Shown: positions 9,364-19,251 of the stretch, piece by piece
Layout: each line of letters starts with the position of its first letter
Position numbering within the stretch: the stretch's first letter is position 1
From: an uncultured Acidimicrobiia bacterium
Lineage (GTDB): Bacteria > Actinomycetota > Acidimicrobiia > Spongiisociales > UBA5794
Assembly: GCA_963704825.1 (NCBI GenBank)
Contig: CAVPHV010000017.1
Coordinates: forward strand, 167,325 to 231,324
DNA length: 64,000 nucleotides
Direction of reading: 5' to 3'
The notes under the pieces: model-generated
The model's input: only the letters and a program-made list of their open reading frames with translations
Told to the model about the DNA's origin: nothing
Database searches by the model: none
Translations under genes and position numbers: made by a program

Positions 9364-10599
9364 GTGCTGTTCCTGATCGCCGTCTTCCTCGCCGCGGGGG
9401 AGGCGTCGCTGCTGCGGGTGCCCAGGGTGCGGGCCGCGGTGCAGGCCGATCAAGGTGACCGCCGGGCGGCGCGGGTGGTCGACTGTCTCGATGATCTGCC
9501 TCGGGTGATGAACACGGTTCTGCTCGTTGTGCTGCTGGTCCAAATCGGATCGGCCACCATCACCGGGGTGCTCGCCGAGCGTCACTTCGGCAGCCTCGGC
9601 ATCACGCTGACCTCGATCGCACTCACTCTGGTGCTCTTTGTCTATGCCGAGGCGATCCCAAAGACGTTCGCGGTTCGCCAGCCGATGCGGGTGTCCAAGA
9701 TGGTTGCGGGACCGGTGTGGGGCATGTCCCGGGTGCTGCGTCCCTTCGTCTCTCTGCTGGTCTCATTCGCCGATCTGCAGGTGCCGGGCCGGGGCATTGC
9801 CGGTCCGATCGGTGTGTCCGAAGAAGAACTCCGTCACCTGGCGGCAGAAGCCGCATCGACCGGGGCCATCGACGAGTCCGACGTCGAACTGATGGAACGT
9901 GCCTTCGAACTAGGCGACACCCGGGTCGACGACGTCCAGGTGCCTCGGATCGACATCGTCGGCATCCCAGCGGGGAGCACCATTCGCGAAGCGCTCGACA
10001 CGGCGATTGTCTCGGGTCATCGCCGGCTTCCGGTTTACGACGGCAATCTCGATCACATCGTCGGAGTGGCGAGGCTGCGGGATCTGGCCCAAGCCGTGGC
10101 CGAAGGGTCAATGGGCGGGGTGGAGACGGTGATGCAGCCGGTTCTCATCGTTCCTGAGAGCAAGCGGGTCATCAGCCTGCTACGCGAGATGCAGAGCGCG
10201 GCGCAACACTTCGCGGTTGCGGTCGACGAACACGGCGGCACCGCCGGCATCGTCACCATCGAGGACGTGGTCGCCGAACTCGTCGGGGAGGTCTCCGATG
10301 AGGGGCAGGTCCGGGTGCCCCCGATCCACGAGACCGCAACGGGAGTGTGGAGCGTCTCCGCCGCCGCCGACGTCGAAGATCTCGAGACCGAGCTCGGCGT
10401 GACCTTCCCCAGTGGCGATTGGCGCACCGTCGGCGGGCTCGTCACCGATCTTGCCGGCACCATCCCCAAGGTCGGCGACATCGTCGCCTCGGCCGGGTAC
10501 GAGTTCCGGGTGAAGGAAGCGACCCGGCGCCGGGTGCACCTTGTGGAGGTGCGCCGCTTCGCCGGTGAGTCCGGCGACGATGAGCCGAGCCCGACTTAG
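9364..10599 (+). CDS. HlyC/CorC (CNNM) family transporter: DUF21 + CBS pair + CorC_HlyC domain
   Basis: TM DUF21 region, then a CBS pair (IDIVGIPAGSTIREALD...RRLPVY) and a C-terminal transporter-associated domain. GTG start at 9364 right after an in-frame stop. Confidence 0.8.
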   Translation: MLFLIAVFLAAGEASLLRVPRVRAAVQADQGDRRAARVVDCLDDLPRVMNTVLLVVLLVQIGSATITGVLAERHFGSLGITLTSIALTLVLFVYAEAIPKTFAVRQPMRVSKMVAGPVWGMSRVLRPFVSLLVSFADLQVPGRGIAGPIGVSEEELRHLAAEAASTGAIDESDVELMERAFELGDTRVDDVQVPRIDIVGIPAGSTIREALDTAIVSGHRRLPVYDGNLDHIVGVARLRDLAQAVAEGSMGGVETVMQPVLIVPESKRVISLLREMQSAAQHFAVAVDEHGGTAGIVTIEDVVAELVGEVSDEGQVRVPPIHETATGVWSVSAAADVEDLETELGVTFPSGDWRTVGGLVTDLAGTIPKVGDIVASAGYEFRVKEATRRRVHLVEVRRFAGESGDDEPSPT

Positions 10600-10601
10600 G
10601 C

Positions 10602-13352
10602 TTGGCCGATGCAGGAGACACGACGTTCGTGACGACCACCGCGACCTCCGAGCCCCATCCCTGGTGGGCAGACGACACCGACGCGATCGTCGCCAACCTC
10701 GAAACCAGTGCCACGGCCGGGCTCACCACCGCCCAAGTCGCCGAGCGGCTCGAGAAGTACGGTCCCAACGAACTCGACGAGGCGACCACCGTTCCGGCAT
10801 GGCGCATCTTCCTGGCGCAGTTCGCCAACACCATGATCGTGGTCCTGCTGGTCGCCGCCGGCATCATGGTGGCGATCGGCGAGCCAACCGACGCCGTTGT
10901 GATTGGCGCCATCGTCGTCCTGAACGCTGCCATCGGATTCTTCCAGGAGTACCGGGCCGAGCAGGCAATGGCCGCGCTGCGCACCATGGCTGCCCCCACC
11001 GCCAGGGTGGTGCGCAACGGTGCCGAACTGACCATCACGGCTCCGGAGCTCGTGCCCGGTGACCTGATCGTCTTCGACGCAGGTGACGTTGTCGCCGCCG
11101 ACACCCGCCTCACCGAATGTCCCAACCTGCGGGTCAATGAGTCCGCTCTCACTGGCGAGTCCGTTCCCGTGGACAAGACACCAGACGTCATCCCCGAGGG
11201 ATCCGGGGAATTGATCGGCGATCGGCGCAACATGGTCTTCAAGGGCACGGCAGTGGTCTACGGCCGGGCCCGCGGCATCGTGGTCGGTACCGGGATGGAC
11301 ACTGCGCTCGGGCAGATCGCCGGGCTGCTCCAGGCCCATCAGGCCCCGAGCACGCCGTTGCAGAAACGTCTCGCCGTGCTGGGCCGCTGGCTCGCTGCCG
11401 CGGCCGTCATCATCGCGATCATCGTGTTTGCCGTCGGCGTCGCCCGCGGCGAGGACGTCGAGGAGATGTTCCTCGTTGCGGTCAGTCTCGCCGTGGCGGC
11501 CATTCCCGAGGCACTTCCCGCGGTTGTCACCATCGGCCTGGCAATGGGGGCCCAGCGGATGATTCGCCACCATGCGCTGATTCGCAAGCTCCCGGCGGTG
11601 GAGACGCTTGGCTCGGTGACGGTGATTTGCACCGACAAGACCGGAACCCTGACAGAGGGGCAGATGCTGGTCGAGAAGGTGTGGACGCTCGACCAGGAGG
11701 GCAACGTCACCGGGTCAGGGTACGAGCCTTCGGGGGAAATTCGAGTCGACGGTGCTCCGGCCGACGTCGCACCGCGAACCCCGCTGGCGAAGCTGCTGAC
11801 GGCCGCGGTGCTCTGCAACGACGCCGTGCTGGTGGCGCCGGCGGAGGTCGGCGATGAATGGGCTCTGGTCGGTGACCCGACCGAGGGTGCGCTGCTGGCT
11901 CTGGGTGCCAAAGCAGGATTCGAGCGGGAACGGGTCAACACCGAGTACCCCCGCACGGCCGAGATCCCGTTCGACTCGGAACGCAAGCGCATGGTGACGA
12001 TCCACCGCACCGCGAACGGCAGCGCCGGCTTGGTCGCCACCAAGGGAGCCATCGAAGCCACCATCGACGCCGTCGAGCAAGTGGCTACCCAGGCAGGCGA
12101 CCTCGACCTGACTCCGCAGTTGCGGACCGCGGTGCTCGACCAAGCCGCCGAGTTTGCCGCGGAGGGCTACCGGGTGTTGGCCATCGCCGGGCGGTCCGTC
12201 GCCGACGGCGTCCTCGGTCACGTGCTCGAGTCGGAGCAAGACCTCGTGCTCTACGGTCTGGCCGCCATGGCTGATCCGCCGCGTCCCGAGTCGCACGCCG
12301 CGGTCGAGGCTTGCCGCACCGCCGGGATCACCCCGGTGATGATCACAGGTGACCACCCGGCCACGGGGAAGGCCATCGCAGCGCGGCTCGGCATTCTCGA
12401 CCGCGACGAGCAGGTGATGACGGGCACCCAACTCGCCTCGGAGTCGGTCGGCGAACTGGCGGACGAGGTGAACAGGATCGCGGTATACGCCAGGACCTCG
12501 CCGGAGCAGAAGCTCGATATCGTGCAGGCCTGGAAAAAGCGCGGCGACATCGTTGCGATGACCGGCGACGGGGTCAACGACGCCCCGGCCCTGCGCACCG
12601 CCGACATCGGGGTCGCGATGGGGGTGTCGGGGACCGAGGTGGCCAAGGAAGCCGCCGACATGGTCCTCACCGACGACAACTTCGCTTCGATCGTCACCGC
12701 GGTCGGCGAGGGCCGGCGAATCTACGACAACATCAGGCGGTTCGTCCGCTACACGCTCACCTCGAACGCCGGCGAGATCTGGGTCATGTTCCTCGGCCCG
12801 TTCGTCGGGCTGGCAATCCCGCTGCTGCCGGTGCAGATCCTGTGGATCAACTTGGTCACCGATGGGTTCCCCGGCCTCGCCCTCGGGGTCGAACCGGCGG
12901 AACCCGATGTGATGGAACGCAAGCCCCGGCCCCCCGACGAGAGCATCTTCGCCCAAGGGGTGTGGCAGCAGGTCATCTTCATCGGGCTGCTGATGGGATT
13001 CCTCACGCTCGGCCTCGGGGTGTGGGGGGAGGCGACCGGTCGTCCCTGGCAGACGATGATCTTCACCACGCTGGCACTGCTCCAGCTTGGCAACGCCCTC
13101 GCCATCCGATCTGAGCGGCAGTCGTTCTTCTCTCTCGGGCCCAACAGCAACAAGCCGTTGTTGTGGACCGTGATCCTGACGGCGGCGATCCAGATCCTCA
13201 TCATCTACTGGGCGCCACTCCAGCAGCTGCTCCATACCGAGCCCCTTTCGGCAGCCGAACTCGGCATCGTCCTGGTGGTCTCCACCGGTGTGTTCTGGGC
13301 GGTCGAGATCGAGAAGGTGGTGCGGCGCAGGATGGGAGTCCAGTCCGGCTAG
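10602..13352 (+). CDS. Cation-transporting P-type ATPase (P2-type, Ca2+/Mg2+-like)
   Basis: [14 protein letters not shown] phosphorylation motif, [14 protein letters not shown] hinge, 10 TM. The TTG start at 10602 lies 2 nt after the upstream stop. Confidence 0.9.
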   Translation: MADAGDTTFVTTTATSEPHPWWADDTDAIVANLETSATAGLTTAQVAERLEKYGPNELDEATTVPAWRIFLAQFANTMIVVLLVAAGIMVAIGEPTDAVVIGAIVVLNAAIGFFQEYRAEQAMAALRTMAAPTARVVRNGAELTITAPELVPGDLIVFDAGDVVAADTRLTECPNLRVNESALTGESVPVDKTPDVIPEGSGELIGDRRNMVFKGTAVVYGRARGIVVGTGMDTALGQIAGLLQAHQAPSTPLQKRLAVLGRWLAAAAVIIAIIVFAVGVARGEDVEEMFLVAVSLAVAAIPEALPAVVTIGLAMGAQRMIRHHALIRKLPAVETLGSVTVICTDKTGTLTEGQMLVEKVWTLDQEGNVTGSGYEPSGEIRVDGAPADVAPRTPLAKLLTAAVLCNDAVLVAPAEVGDEWALVGDPTEGALLALGAKAGFERERVNTEYPRTAEIPFDSERKRMVTIHRTANGSAGLVATKGAIEATIDAVEQVATQAGDLDLTPQLRTAVLDQAAEFAAEGYRVLAIAGRSVADGVLGHVLESEQDLVLYGLAAMADPPRPESHAAVEACRTAGITPVMITGDHPATGKAIAARLGILDRDEQVMTGTQLASESVGELADEVNRIAVYARTSPEQKLDIVQAWKKRGDIVAMTGDGVNDAPALRTADIGVAMGVSGTEVAKEAADMVLTDDNFASIVTAVGEGRRIYDNIRRFVRYTLTSNAGEIWVMFLGPFVGLAIPLLPVQILWINLVTDGFPGLALGVEPAEPDVMERKPRPPDESIFAQGVWQQVIFIGLLMGFLTLGLGVWGEATGRPWQTMIFTTLALLQLGNALAIRSERQSFFSLGPNSNKPLLWTVILTAAIQILIIYWAPLQQLLHTEPLSAAELGIVLVVSTGVFWAVEIEKVVRRRMGVQSG

Positions 13353-13421
13353 TAGCGGGCCCGACCGATCTGTGTCACAGGGCCCCGGTAGGGTGACCAT
13401 GCACATTGAGTAGGAGTATCC

Positions 13422-14912
13422 GTGGCGGGCAAACGGCAGCCAACCAGCACCTCGAACTTCGGCGCAGGACGCCGGGAGAGCCACGATGCCACGAAGTTCT
13501 ACGAGCGGTTCGCCGCCCCCGAACTCTCCGACGACGACTCCGTGGCCGTGGCACCTCTGCTGGCGGAGATCTGTATTGAGGGAGACTCCCGCGACATGGC
13601 GGCGTTGCCCGACAACTCGGTGGCATTGGTGGTCACTTCCCCGCCCTACTTCGCCGGCAAGGAATACGAGGAGACGTTAGGCCTCGGCGGGGTGCCCGCC
13701 TCCTACGCGGAGTACCTCGGGATGCTCCACGAGGTCTTCGCCGAGTGTGTTCGGGTGCTCGAGCCCGGCGGGCGGATCGCCGTCAATGTGGCCAACCTCG
13801 GCCGCAAGCCGTACCGCAGCCTGTCGGCCGATGTCATCCGCATCCTCCAAGACGAACTGCGCCTCCTGTTGCGCGGCGAGGTGATCTGGAAGAAGGCCGA
13901 GGGCGCCGCCGGGTCCGTCGCCTGGGGTTCATATCGCAGCGCGGCCAACCCGGTCCTTCGCGACATCACCGAGCGGGTGATCATTGCCAGCAAGGGTCGC
14001 TTCGATCGCGCCCGGTCGCCAAAGCAGCGCGAGGCGGAGGGGTTGCCTTTCGACACCAAGACGTCTGCCGACGAGTTCATGGCCGCCACCCTCGACGTGT
14101 GGGACATCCCGTCGGAGAGTGCCCGGCGGGTCAACCACCCCGCTCCCTTCCCGGTCGAACTGCCGCAGCGACTGGTCAAGCTCTACACCTACGAGAACGA
14201 TATGGTGCTCGATCCGTTCATGGGGTCGGGCAGTGCCCTGGTGGCCGCCCTCAAGGAGGGGCGGCGTGCCGTCGGCTACGACCTCGACCCCGGCTACGTC
14301 GAGACCGCCCGCAAGCGCGTCGCCGAGTTCCTCCACGAACGGGCGGAGCGCATCCAACGACACACCACGGCACCGCCGAGCCCGCTGTCGGTTCAGCCCA
14401 AGCTGCCGGATCCCGATGAGAGCTTCCAGGCCAGGGCAACTCGGGAGGGCAAGGCTGCTCAGGCGATTGCTCGCAAGGTCCTGGAGGAGGCCGAGTTCAC
14501 GATCGTCAAGAAGGACTACAAGGTCAGCCGGGCCGGCGTTCGCTTCAACCTCCTCGTGAGCGACAAAGAGGGCGGCCAGTGGTACGTGGATGTCTCCGGC
14601 GCCTTCACCACCACCCGGGGCGGCCTGCTGCGCACCGACACGGTATGGAAGGCGCTCGGCCGGGCACTGGTGTTGCGCGAGAACCCTGAGGTTGGCGATC
14701 ACCCCAGGTTGTTGTTGCTCACTTCCGACCTGCCCAAGCCGGGGAGCGAAGGTGACAAGGCGCTGCGGGCGGCAGGACCGGGTTCGTTCTGGGATGCCAT
14801 CGAGATGTTGTCCGATGACGGTCGCCGGCGCCTCCGGGAGTACGCCACGGGAACTCACGAACACCCGCTGCCCGGGTTCTGGAACGACGCCGATCTCGAG
14901 GGACTGGCGTGA
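13422..14912 (+). CDS. DNA methyltransferase (N4-C/N6-A beta class, TSPPY motif IV before DPFMGSGS motif I) with ~190-aa unassigned C-terminal domain
   Basis: ALVVTSPPYF (motif IV) around residue 72 and VLDPFMGSGSA (motif I) around residue 265; PF01555-like order. SPPY suggests N4-cytosine specificity. C-terminal residues ~310-496 (FTIVKKDYKVSRAGVRFNLLVSDKEGGQWYVDVSG...) are not recognisable to me. Confidence 0.85.
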   Translation: MAGKRQPTSTSNFGAGRRESHDATKFYERFAAPELSDDDSVAVAPLLAEICIEGDSRDMAALPDNSVALVVTSPPYFAGKEYEETLGLGGVPASYAEYLGMLHEVFAECVRVLEPGGRIAVNVANLGRKPYRSLSADVIRILQDELRLLLRGEVIWKKAEGAAGSVAWGSYRSAANPVLRDITERVIIASKGRFDRARSPKQREAEGLPFDTKTSADEFMAATLDVWDIPSESARRVNHPAPFPVELPQRLVKLYTYENDMVLDPFMGSGSALVAALKEGRRAVGYDLDPGYVETARKRVAEFLHERAERIQRHTTAPPSPLSVQPKLPDPDESFQARATREGKAAQAIARKVLEEAEFTIVKKDYKVSRAGVRFNLLVSDKEGGQWYVDVSGAFTTTRGGLLRTDTVWKALGRALVLRENPEVGDHPRLLLLTSDLPKPGSEGDKALRAAGPGSFWDAIEMLSDDGRRRLREYATGTHEHPLPGFWNDADLEGLA

Positions 14913-15232
14913 GAGGAGTGACGGTGGCCTGTGCCGTGGTGCGCGACGAACCCCCGGTGCTCATGCTCGCCGAGGATCTCGACGTGTTGCAGCGAGCGCT
15001 CGCCCTCCGTCTGGTTGCCCGCAACGAACCGCCACGGCTCACCGACGTCCAGCGTGAGGGGATGCAGGCGGCACTGCTCGATGAGCGATGGGGCGATGCC
15101 GTCGCGGCGTGGATCGACCACACCGGAATCGAGGTCGACGTGTACACCGAATCGATCCTCACCGCGGCCGACGTTCCCGCAGACCTGGTCGGGGCCGAAC
15201 TGCAGTTTGCGCCGCTGTTTCGCGGTGGCTGA
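14909..15232 (+). CDS. Small acidic hypothetical protein, translationally coupled to the methyltransferase
   Basis: Its GTG start overlaps the MTase TGA stop (GTGA). 107 aa with a plausible Ala/Leu/Asp/Glu-rich composition; the alternative frames are Arg/Ser/Pro junk. Confidence 0.5.
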   Translation: MRGVTVACAVVRDEPPVLMLAEDLDVLQRALALRLVARNEPPRLTDVQREGMQAALLDERWGDAVAAWIDHTGIEVDVYTESILTAADVPADLVGAELQFAPLFRGG

Positions 15233-15238
15233 GCAACC

Positions 15239-16300
15239 GTGCCGGCACTACGCACCGAGATCACCGAAATCGTCACCGGGTTGGGGATGCTCGGCTTCCC
15301 CAACCTCGATCGAGCACTGGAGGTGCGTCCCACCGCAGTGCGCAATGTTGCGGTTGAGCACTACGACCGGCTGGCGGCTGCCCGCCACGACGGCTCGCAT
15401 CGTCGCGCGTTCGAGGTCGCTTGGCGCAACGGTGTCGAGTTCGCCCGCTCGCCGGAGGGGCTGCGGGGCCGGCCGCCATGGTGGCTGGAGTGGAAAGGCG
15501 GCCACCGTCCTCCCGGCTACGAGCAGGTGCCCGCCGACCTTCGGGTCGATCACGTCTACCTGGTCTCGTGCAAATACGGCTCCAACATCCTGACCAACTC
15601 ATCACCCGCCAATCTGTTCGATCGGTTGCTGGGCGACCGCCGCGACTCGGGGTCGGATTGGTTTCTCGAGGTCGCGCCCGATGGATATCAGGACCTCTAC
15701 CTGGCGTGCCGTGGGTATCTGGGTGCCCCCGGGCTGCCCGACCGGGTGTCCGACCTCGAGCAGCACCATCGTGAGGTTTTGAAGCGGGAATTGCCGCGAC
15801 GTTTTGGCGGCGACCTGCAAACGGTCTACCGGGAATTTGCCGCGGAGGTTGCCCGTTCTTCCGTCGAGCGTTGGAGAGCAGCCATGACCGATCGTCGCGA
15901 CCAAGAAACCCAATTGTGGCGGCTGCTGCGGCTCCAGGCCGCGCCCTACTTCGTGCTCGGCGAATCGGCCGAGGGCCGGCCACTCCAGTATCGGGTTGGC
16001 ACCCCGTGGGATTTCCGCAACCGCTATCGACTACGCAAGCTCGATGCCTGGTCTGATCCGGATCGTAGCCAGCCGGTCGTGTTGTGGCGGGCCGAGGTCC
16101 ACGATCAGCTGACGGGTACCACGACCGAGGTGGCAGGCCACGTTGAGGTGCGGTGGAGCCACGGACGGTTTGCCCAAGCCCCGGAGGCGAAGGTCTATTT
16201 GGGAACGGCACACCATGCGGTTCCCGGTTACGTGCCGCTCAGCCGACCCGAACGCGACCCGGAGCGCCTTGCTCTCGGCTGGGGTGGTGGGGCCTCATGA
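15239..16300 (+). CDS. Hypothetical protein, candidate PD-(D/E)xK-like nuclease (VPAD-x9-SCK)
   Basis: 353 aa. Motif P98-A-D100 ...HVYLV-S110-C-K112 has the spacing of a PD-x(10)-(D/E/S)xK core on a hydrophobic strand. Starts 6 nt after the previous gene and its stop overlaps the next start (ATGA). Confidence 0.5.
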   Translation: MPALRTEITEIVTGLGMLGFPNLDRALEVRPTAVRNVAVEHYDRLAAARHDGSHRRAFEVAWRNGVEFARSPEGLRGRPPWWLEWKGGHRPPGYEQVPADLRVDHVYLVSCKYGSNILTNSSPANLFDRLLGDRRDSGSDWFLEVAPDGYQDLYLACRGYLGAPGLPDRVSDLEQHHREVLKRELPRRFGGDLQTVYREFAAEVARSSVERWRAAMTDRRDQETQLWRLLRLQAAPYFVLGESAEGRPLQYRVGTPWDFRNRYRLRKLDAWSDPDRSQPVVLWRAEVHDQLTGTTTEVAGHVEVRWSHGRFAQAPEAKVYLGTAHHAVPGYVPLSRPERDPERLALGWGGGAS

Positions 16301-16980
16301 GTGCTCCTGTTCCGGCATGGACCACTACGTCGCCGCCGCTCGAAGCTGCAGTCCTCGCGGCGTTTCCCTACCTGGTCGGTGTCCTGCTGGTGGCACTCCC
16401 ACTGCTCCTCGTCCCTGATTCTTGGGATGTCTTTCCCACGTTCGTGATCCAACTCGGCGGCTTGGTGCTCCTCGGCCTCGTCGTCACCACCCGGCTGCTC
16501 GGGTTCACCACCGCAGGCTGGTACCGATGGGTCGGTTGGTCGGAGCGAGCCAGGCGCCTCGCCGGCGATGTTTCGCTGGTTGTGCTGGTGACCGGATTGG
16601 TTGGACTTGTCACGCTGGCGACGTCGGCAGCGCTGCGGCTCGAACCGTCGCTTCAGTTCCTCCAGTTACTGTCGGCGCTCGATATTGCGTGGGCGGGAGC
16701 CGCCATCATGATCGGGGCCTACCGGCTGTGGGGGCGCCGCGCCGCCCTGGTGGGAGGCAGCCTGCTTGGAGTCTTCTGTGTCTGGTCCATCTGGAACTAC
16801 CTGCACATCGTCGGCTTCACCGGTGACGATGGGTGGCTGCTCGAGGGCGGCCAGATCATGCGGCTCGTGCTTCCCTTCGACATGATGGCGGCCGTCGTCG
16901 CCATCTCCCTGCTCGTCGTCGGCTCGGGCCGAGACGACTCGAACCCTCAGCGGATGGCGCAGGCGAGCGACCAGTCGTAG
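16297..16980 (+). CDS. Hypothetical integral membrane protein (~6 TM)
   Basis: The ATG at 16297 overlaps the upstream stop. Several hydrophobic helices (LVGVLLVALPLLLV, LGGLVLLGLVVTTRLLG, VSLVVLVTGLVGLVTLA...). The ORF-track N-terminal extension from 16153 is rejected. Confidence 0.55.
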   Translation: MSAPVPAWTTTSPPLEAAVLAAFPYLVGVLLVALPLLLVPDSWDVFPTFVIQLGGLVLLGLVVTTRLLGFTTAGWYRWVGWSERARRLAGDVSLVVLVTGLVGLVTLATSAALRLEPSLQFLQLLSALDIAWAGAAIMIGAYRLWGRRAALVGGSLLGVFCVWSIWNYLHIVGFTGDDGWLLEGGQIMRLVLPFDMMAAVVAISLLVVGSGRDDSNPQRMAQASDQS

Positions 16981-17735
16981 GGCTGAAACGCCACTCGGGG
17001 TGACGTGTCCGCCGTCCAGCGGACAACCTTGGGATCGAGCCACGGAGACAGCAACGCCGCGACGTGCTTGCTGCCGGCCGGCCGCCAGGTGGGCATCTTG
17101 TGCGGCCGGGCAAAGTCGCCTCCGTACCAGCGGAAGATGCGAGACAGCCTGAGCACGCCGCCGGATTGATCCATCACGGCCCCACCGCCGGCCAGGAATG
17201 CACACATCTGATCGTCGAGCTGTGCGTCGAGCTGATCACCGCCATACGGTTCGTGACGCAGGGTCGGGCACGAGGCCGAACCGCACACCAGGGCGCCGTG
17301 AATGCGGGGATCGCCGAAGCGCCTGATCTTGCCGTGTTCGATGGCATCGAGGGAGAGGTTCTCGCCGGCAACGGTGACCCAGGACCGCTGAAACCCGCCG
17401 GGGAGCCTCAGGACCGAGGTCGCCTGCCGCACAAGGGATTCGGCAGCAAGATCGAGTGCTCCCGCGTTGTAGAGGTTCAGCCAGTAGGCCAGAGCGACCG
17501 AGGGCGAGAGATCGTCGGGGTCGATCCTCGCCATTCGATCCCGATAGGCATGGAGCGCAGCTTGGTGGTCGACGAGCGCGGCCACGCCGGTGCTCTGCAA
17601 CGCAGCGAGCACGGGGGCCAGTTCAGTGTGATCGACGGTCGAGGTGCCCGTCGGTTGGGGGCGACGGTCCCGCGAGGCGCGCCAGATCGACCAGGCGACG
17701 GTGAGTGGATTCGGTCCCTTGGGGGTATCGGCCAT
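16947..17735 (-). CDS. DUF547 domain protein
   Basis: LAYWLNLYNAGAL...IEHGKIRRFGDPRIHGALVCGSASCPTLRHEPY is the DUF547 signature. True start is MADTPKGP at 17735; the ORF-track N-terminal 154 aa are an Arg-rich artefact overlapping nhaA. 12 nt downstream of nhaA. Confidence 0.7.
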   Translation of the reverse strand: MADTPKGPNPLTVAWSIWRASRDRRPQPTGTSTVDHTELAPVLAALQSTGVAALVDHQAALHAYRDRMARIDPDDLSPSVALAYWLNLYNAGALDLAAESLVRQATSVLRLPGGFQRSWVTVAGENLSLDAIEHGKIRRFGDPRIHGALVCGSASCPTLRHEPYGGDQLDAQLDDQMCAFLAGGGAVMDQSGGVLRLSRIFRWYGGDFARPHKMPTWRPAGSKHVAALLSPWLDPKVVRWTADTSPRVAFQPYDWSLACAIR

Positions 17736-17749
17736 GTCGACGCGGAGGG

Positions 17750-19162
17750 TCAGCCGCCGGCCGGTGTCTCGACGATGCCGAGTCTCTTGCGACCGGCCTC
17801 GAGCTCCTCGTCGGGAGTCTTGCTCCGCCGCAACAACAGGTAGCCGACCACACCGGCGATCGTCGAGCCGATGAAGATGCCGATCTTGGCCCGGTCGACG
17901 ATCTGGGCATCGGTGAAGGCAAGCTCCGTGATGAACAACGAGACGGTGAAGCCGATCCCGGCCAGGGTGGCGAGGCCGAAGACCTCCCCCCATCCCGAGC
18001 GCGGCGGCAGCCTGCCGATTCCGAACTTGACCGCGAGGAACGTCGCCAGAGTGATGCCGACAGACTTGCCGACGAGCAAGCCGGCGGCGACACCGAGGGC
18101 GACGTTGCTGGCCGCGGTGTCCAGCAGATCGATGTCCACGAAGCGGACCCCGGCGTTGGCGAGGGCGAAGATCGGGACGATCACAAACGATGACCACGGG
18201 TGGAGGGCCAGCTCGAGCCGGTCGAGCGGCGAAACCGACTCCCTGGCGATGGTCGAGAGATCCAGGGCGTCGTGATCGACCCGCTCCCGTGCCCGCGGCG
18301 ATGCGGCATCCATGTCATAGCGGCTGAGGAGCCACTTCGACTTCTGGTAGTACTCCTTGTCCGAGTACATCGCATGCACCGGCGTCAAGAACCCAAGGGC
18401 GACGCCGGCGAGGGTGGCATGGACGCCGGATTCGAACACGAAGAACCAGGTGACGATGCCGGCGACGACGTAGAAACCCATTGAACGAATGCCAATGCGA
18501 GAAGCAAAGGCGATGGCCACGAGCGCGCCGAGGCTGGCCAGCAGCCATCCGAACGCAAGGTCGGTGGTGTAGAAGATGGCGATGACGGCAATGGCTCCGA
18601 TGTCGTCGGCAATGGCCAGCGCCAGTAGGAAGAGTTTGGCGCCGACCGAGATACGGTTGCCGAGCAGTGAGAGCACACCAACGGAGAAGGCGATGTCGGT
18701 GGCCATCGGGATTCCCCAACCTTGCAGGGCTTCGCCTCCGGTGCCGGCGACGAAGGCGACGTAGATGAGCGCCGGGAGCATCATCCCGCCGAGGGCGGCG
18801 ATGGCAGGCAGCGCCGCCCGCTTGCGGTCCCGCAATTCGCCGACGACGAGTTCGCGCTTGATCTCTAGGCCAACAACGAAGAAGAAGATGACCATCAGGG
18901 CGTCATTGACGATGTGCGTCAACGACTCGTCGAAGTGGAATGAGCCGATGGAGAAGGTGACGTGGGTATGCCAGAACTCCTGGTATGACGCACCCGATCC
19001 GGCATTGGCCCAGATGAGGGCCGCGACGGTTGCGGCCAACAGCACGATGCCGCCCGCCGCCTCCACGTGGGTGAACTGGATGAGGGGTCGCACAAAGCGG
19101 CTGGGAATAGTACGGTCGGAGTGGAGCCACGTTCGGTGGATTCGTTCGCGTTCGTCTGCCAT
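17750..19162 (-). CDS. nhaA: Na+/H+ antiporter NhaA
   Basis: 470-aa multi-TM protein that I recognise as NhaA family by its overall composition and helix pattern; C-terminal charged tail. Confidence 0.86.
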   Translation of the reverse strand: MADERERIHRTWLHSDRTIPSRFVRPLIQFTHVEAAGGIVLLAATVAALIWANAGSGASYQEFWHTHVTFSIGSFHFDESLTHIVNDALMVIFFFVVGLEIKRELVVGELRDRKRAALPAIAALGGMMLPALIYVAFVAGTGGEALQGWGIPMATDIAFSVGVLSLLGNRISVGAKLFLLALAIADDIGAIAVIAIFYTTDLAFGWLLASLGALVAIAFASRIGIRSMGFYVVAGIVTWFFVFESGVHATLAGVALGFLTPVHAMYSDKEYYQKSKWLLSRYDMDAASPRARERVDHDALDLSTIARESVSPLDRLELALHPWSSFVIVPIFALANAGVRFVDIDLLDTAASNVALGVAAGLLVGKSVGITLATFLAVKFGIGRLPPRSGWGEVFGLATLAGIGFTVSLFITELAFTDAQIVDRAKIGIFIGSTIAGVVGYLLLRRSKTPDEELEAGRKRLGIVETPAGG

Positions 19163-19251
19163 GAAGAGTGAAGGCTAGCTGCGTCGCAGCACGTGCCCTC
19201 CTCAGTTGTGGTTACCATCCTCGGGTTACCGGCAAAGAGGAGCGTGGACAA

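Noticed and set aside
10596-13484. Long minus-strand ORFs (325 aa and 589 aa) opposite the P-type ATPase gene
   Set aside because: Shadow frames; the plus-strand ATPase carries all the canonical motifs.
16153-16296. Upstream extension of the membrane-protein ORF
   Set aside because: It overlaps the preceding gene in another frame. The ATG at 16297 with an ATGA overlap gives a coupled start.
17736-18197. 154-aa N-terminal extension of the DUF547 ORF
   Set aside because: It overlaps the 3' part of nhaA in another frame and is Arg/His-rich junk. MADTPKGP at 17735 is the plausible start.
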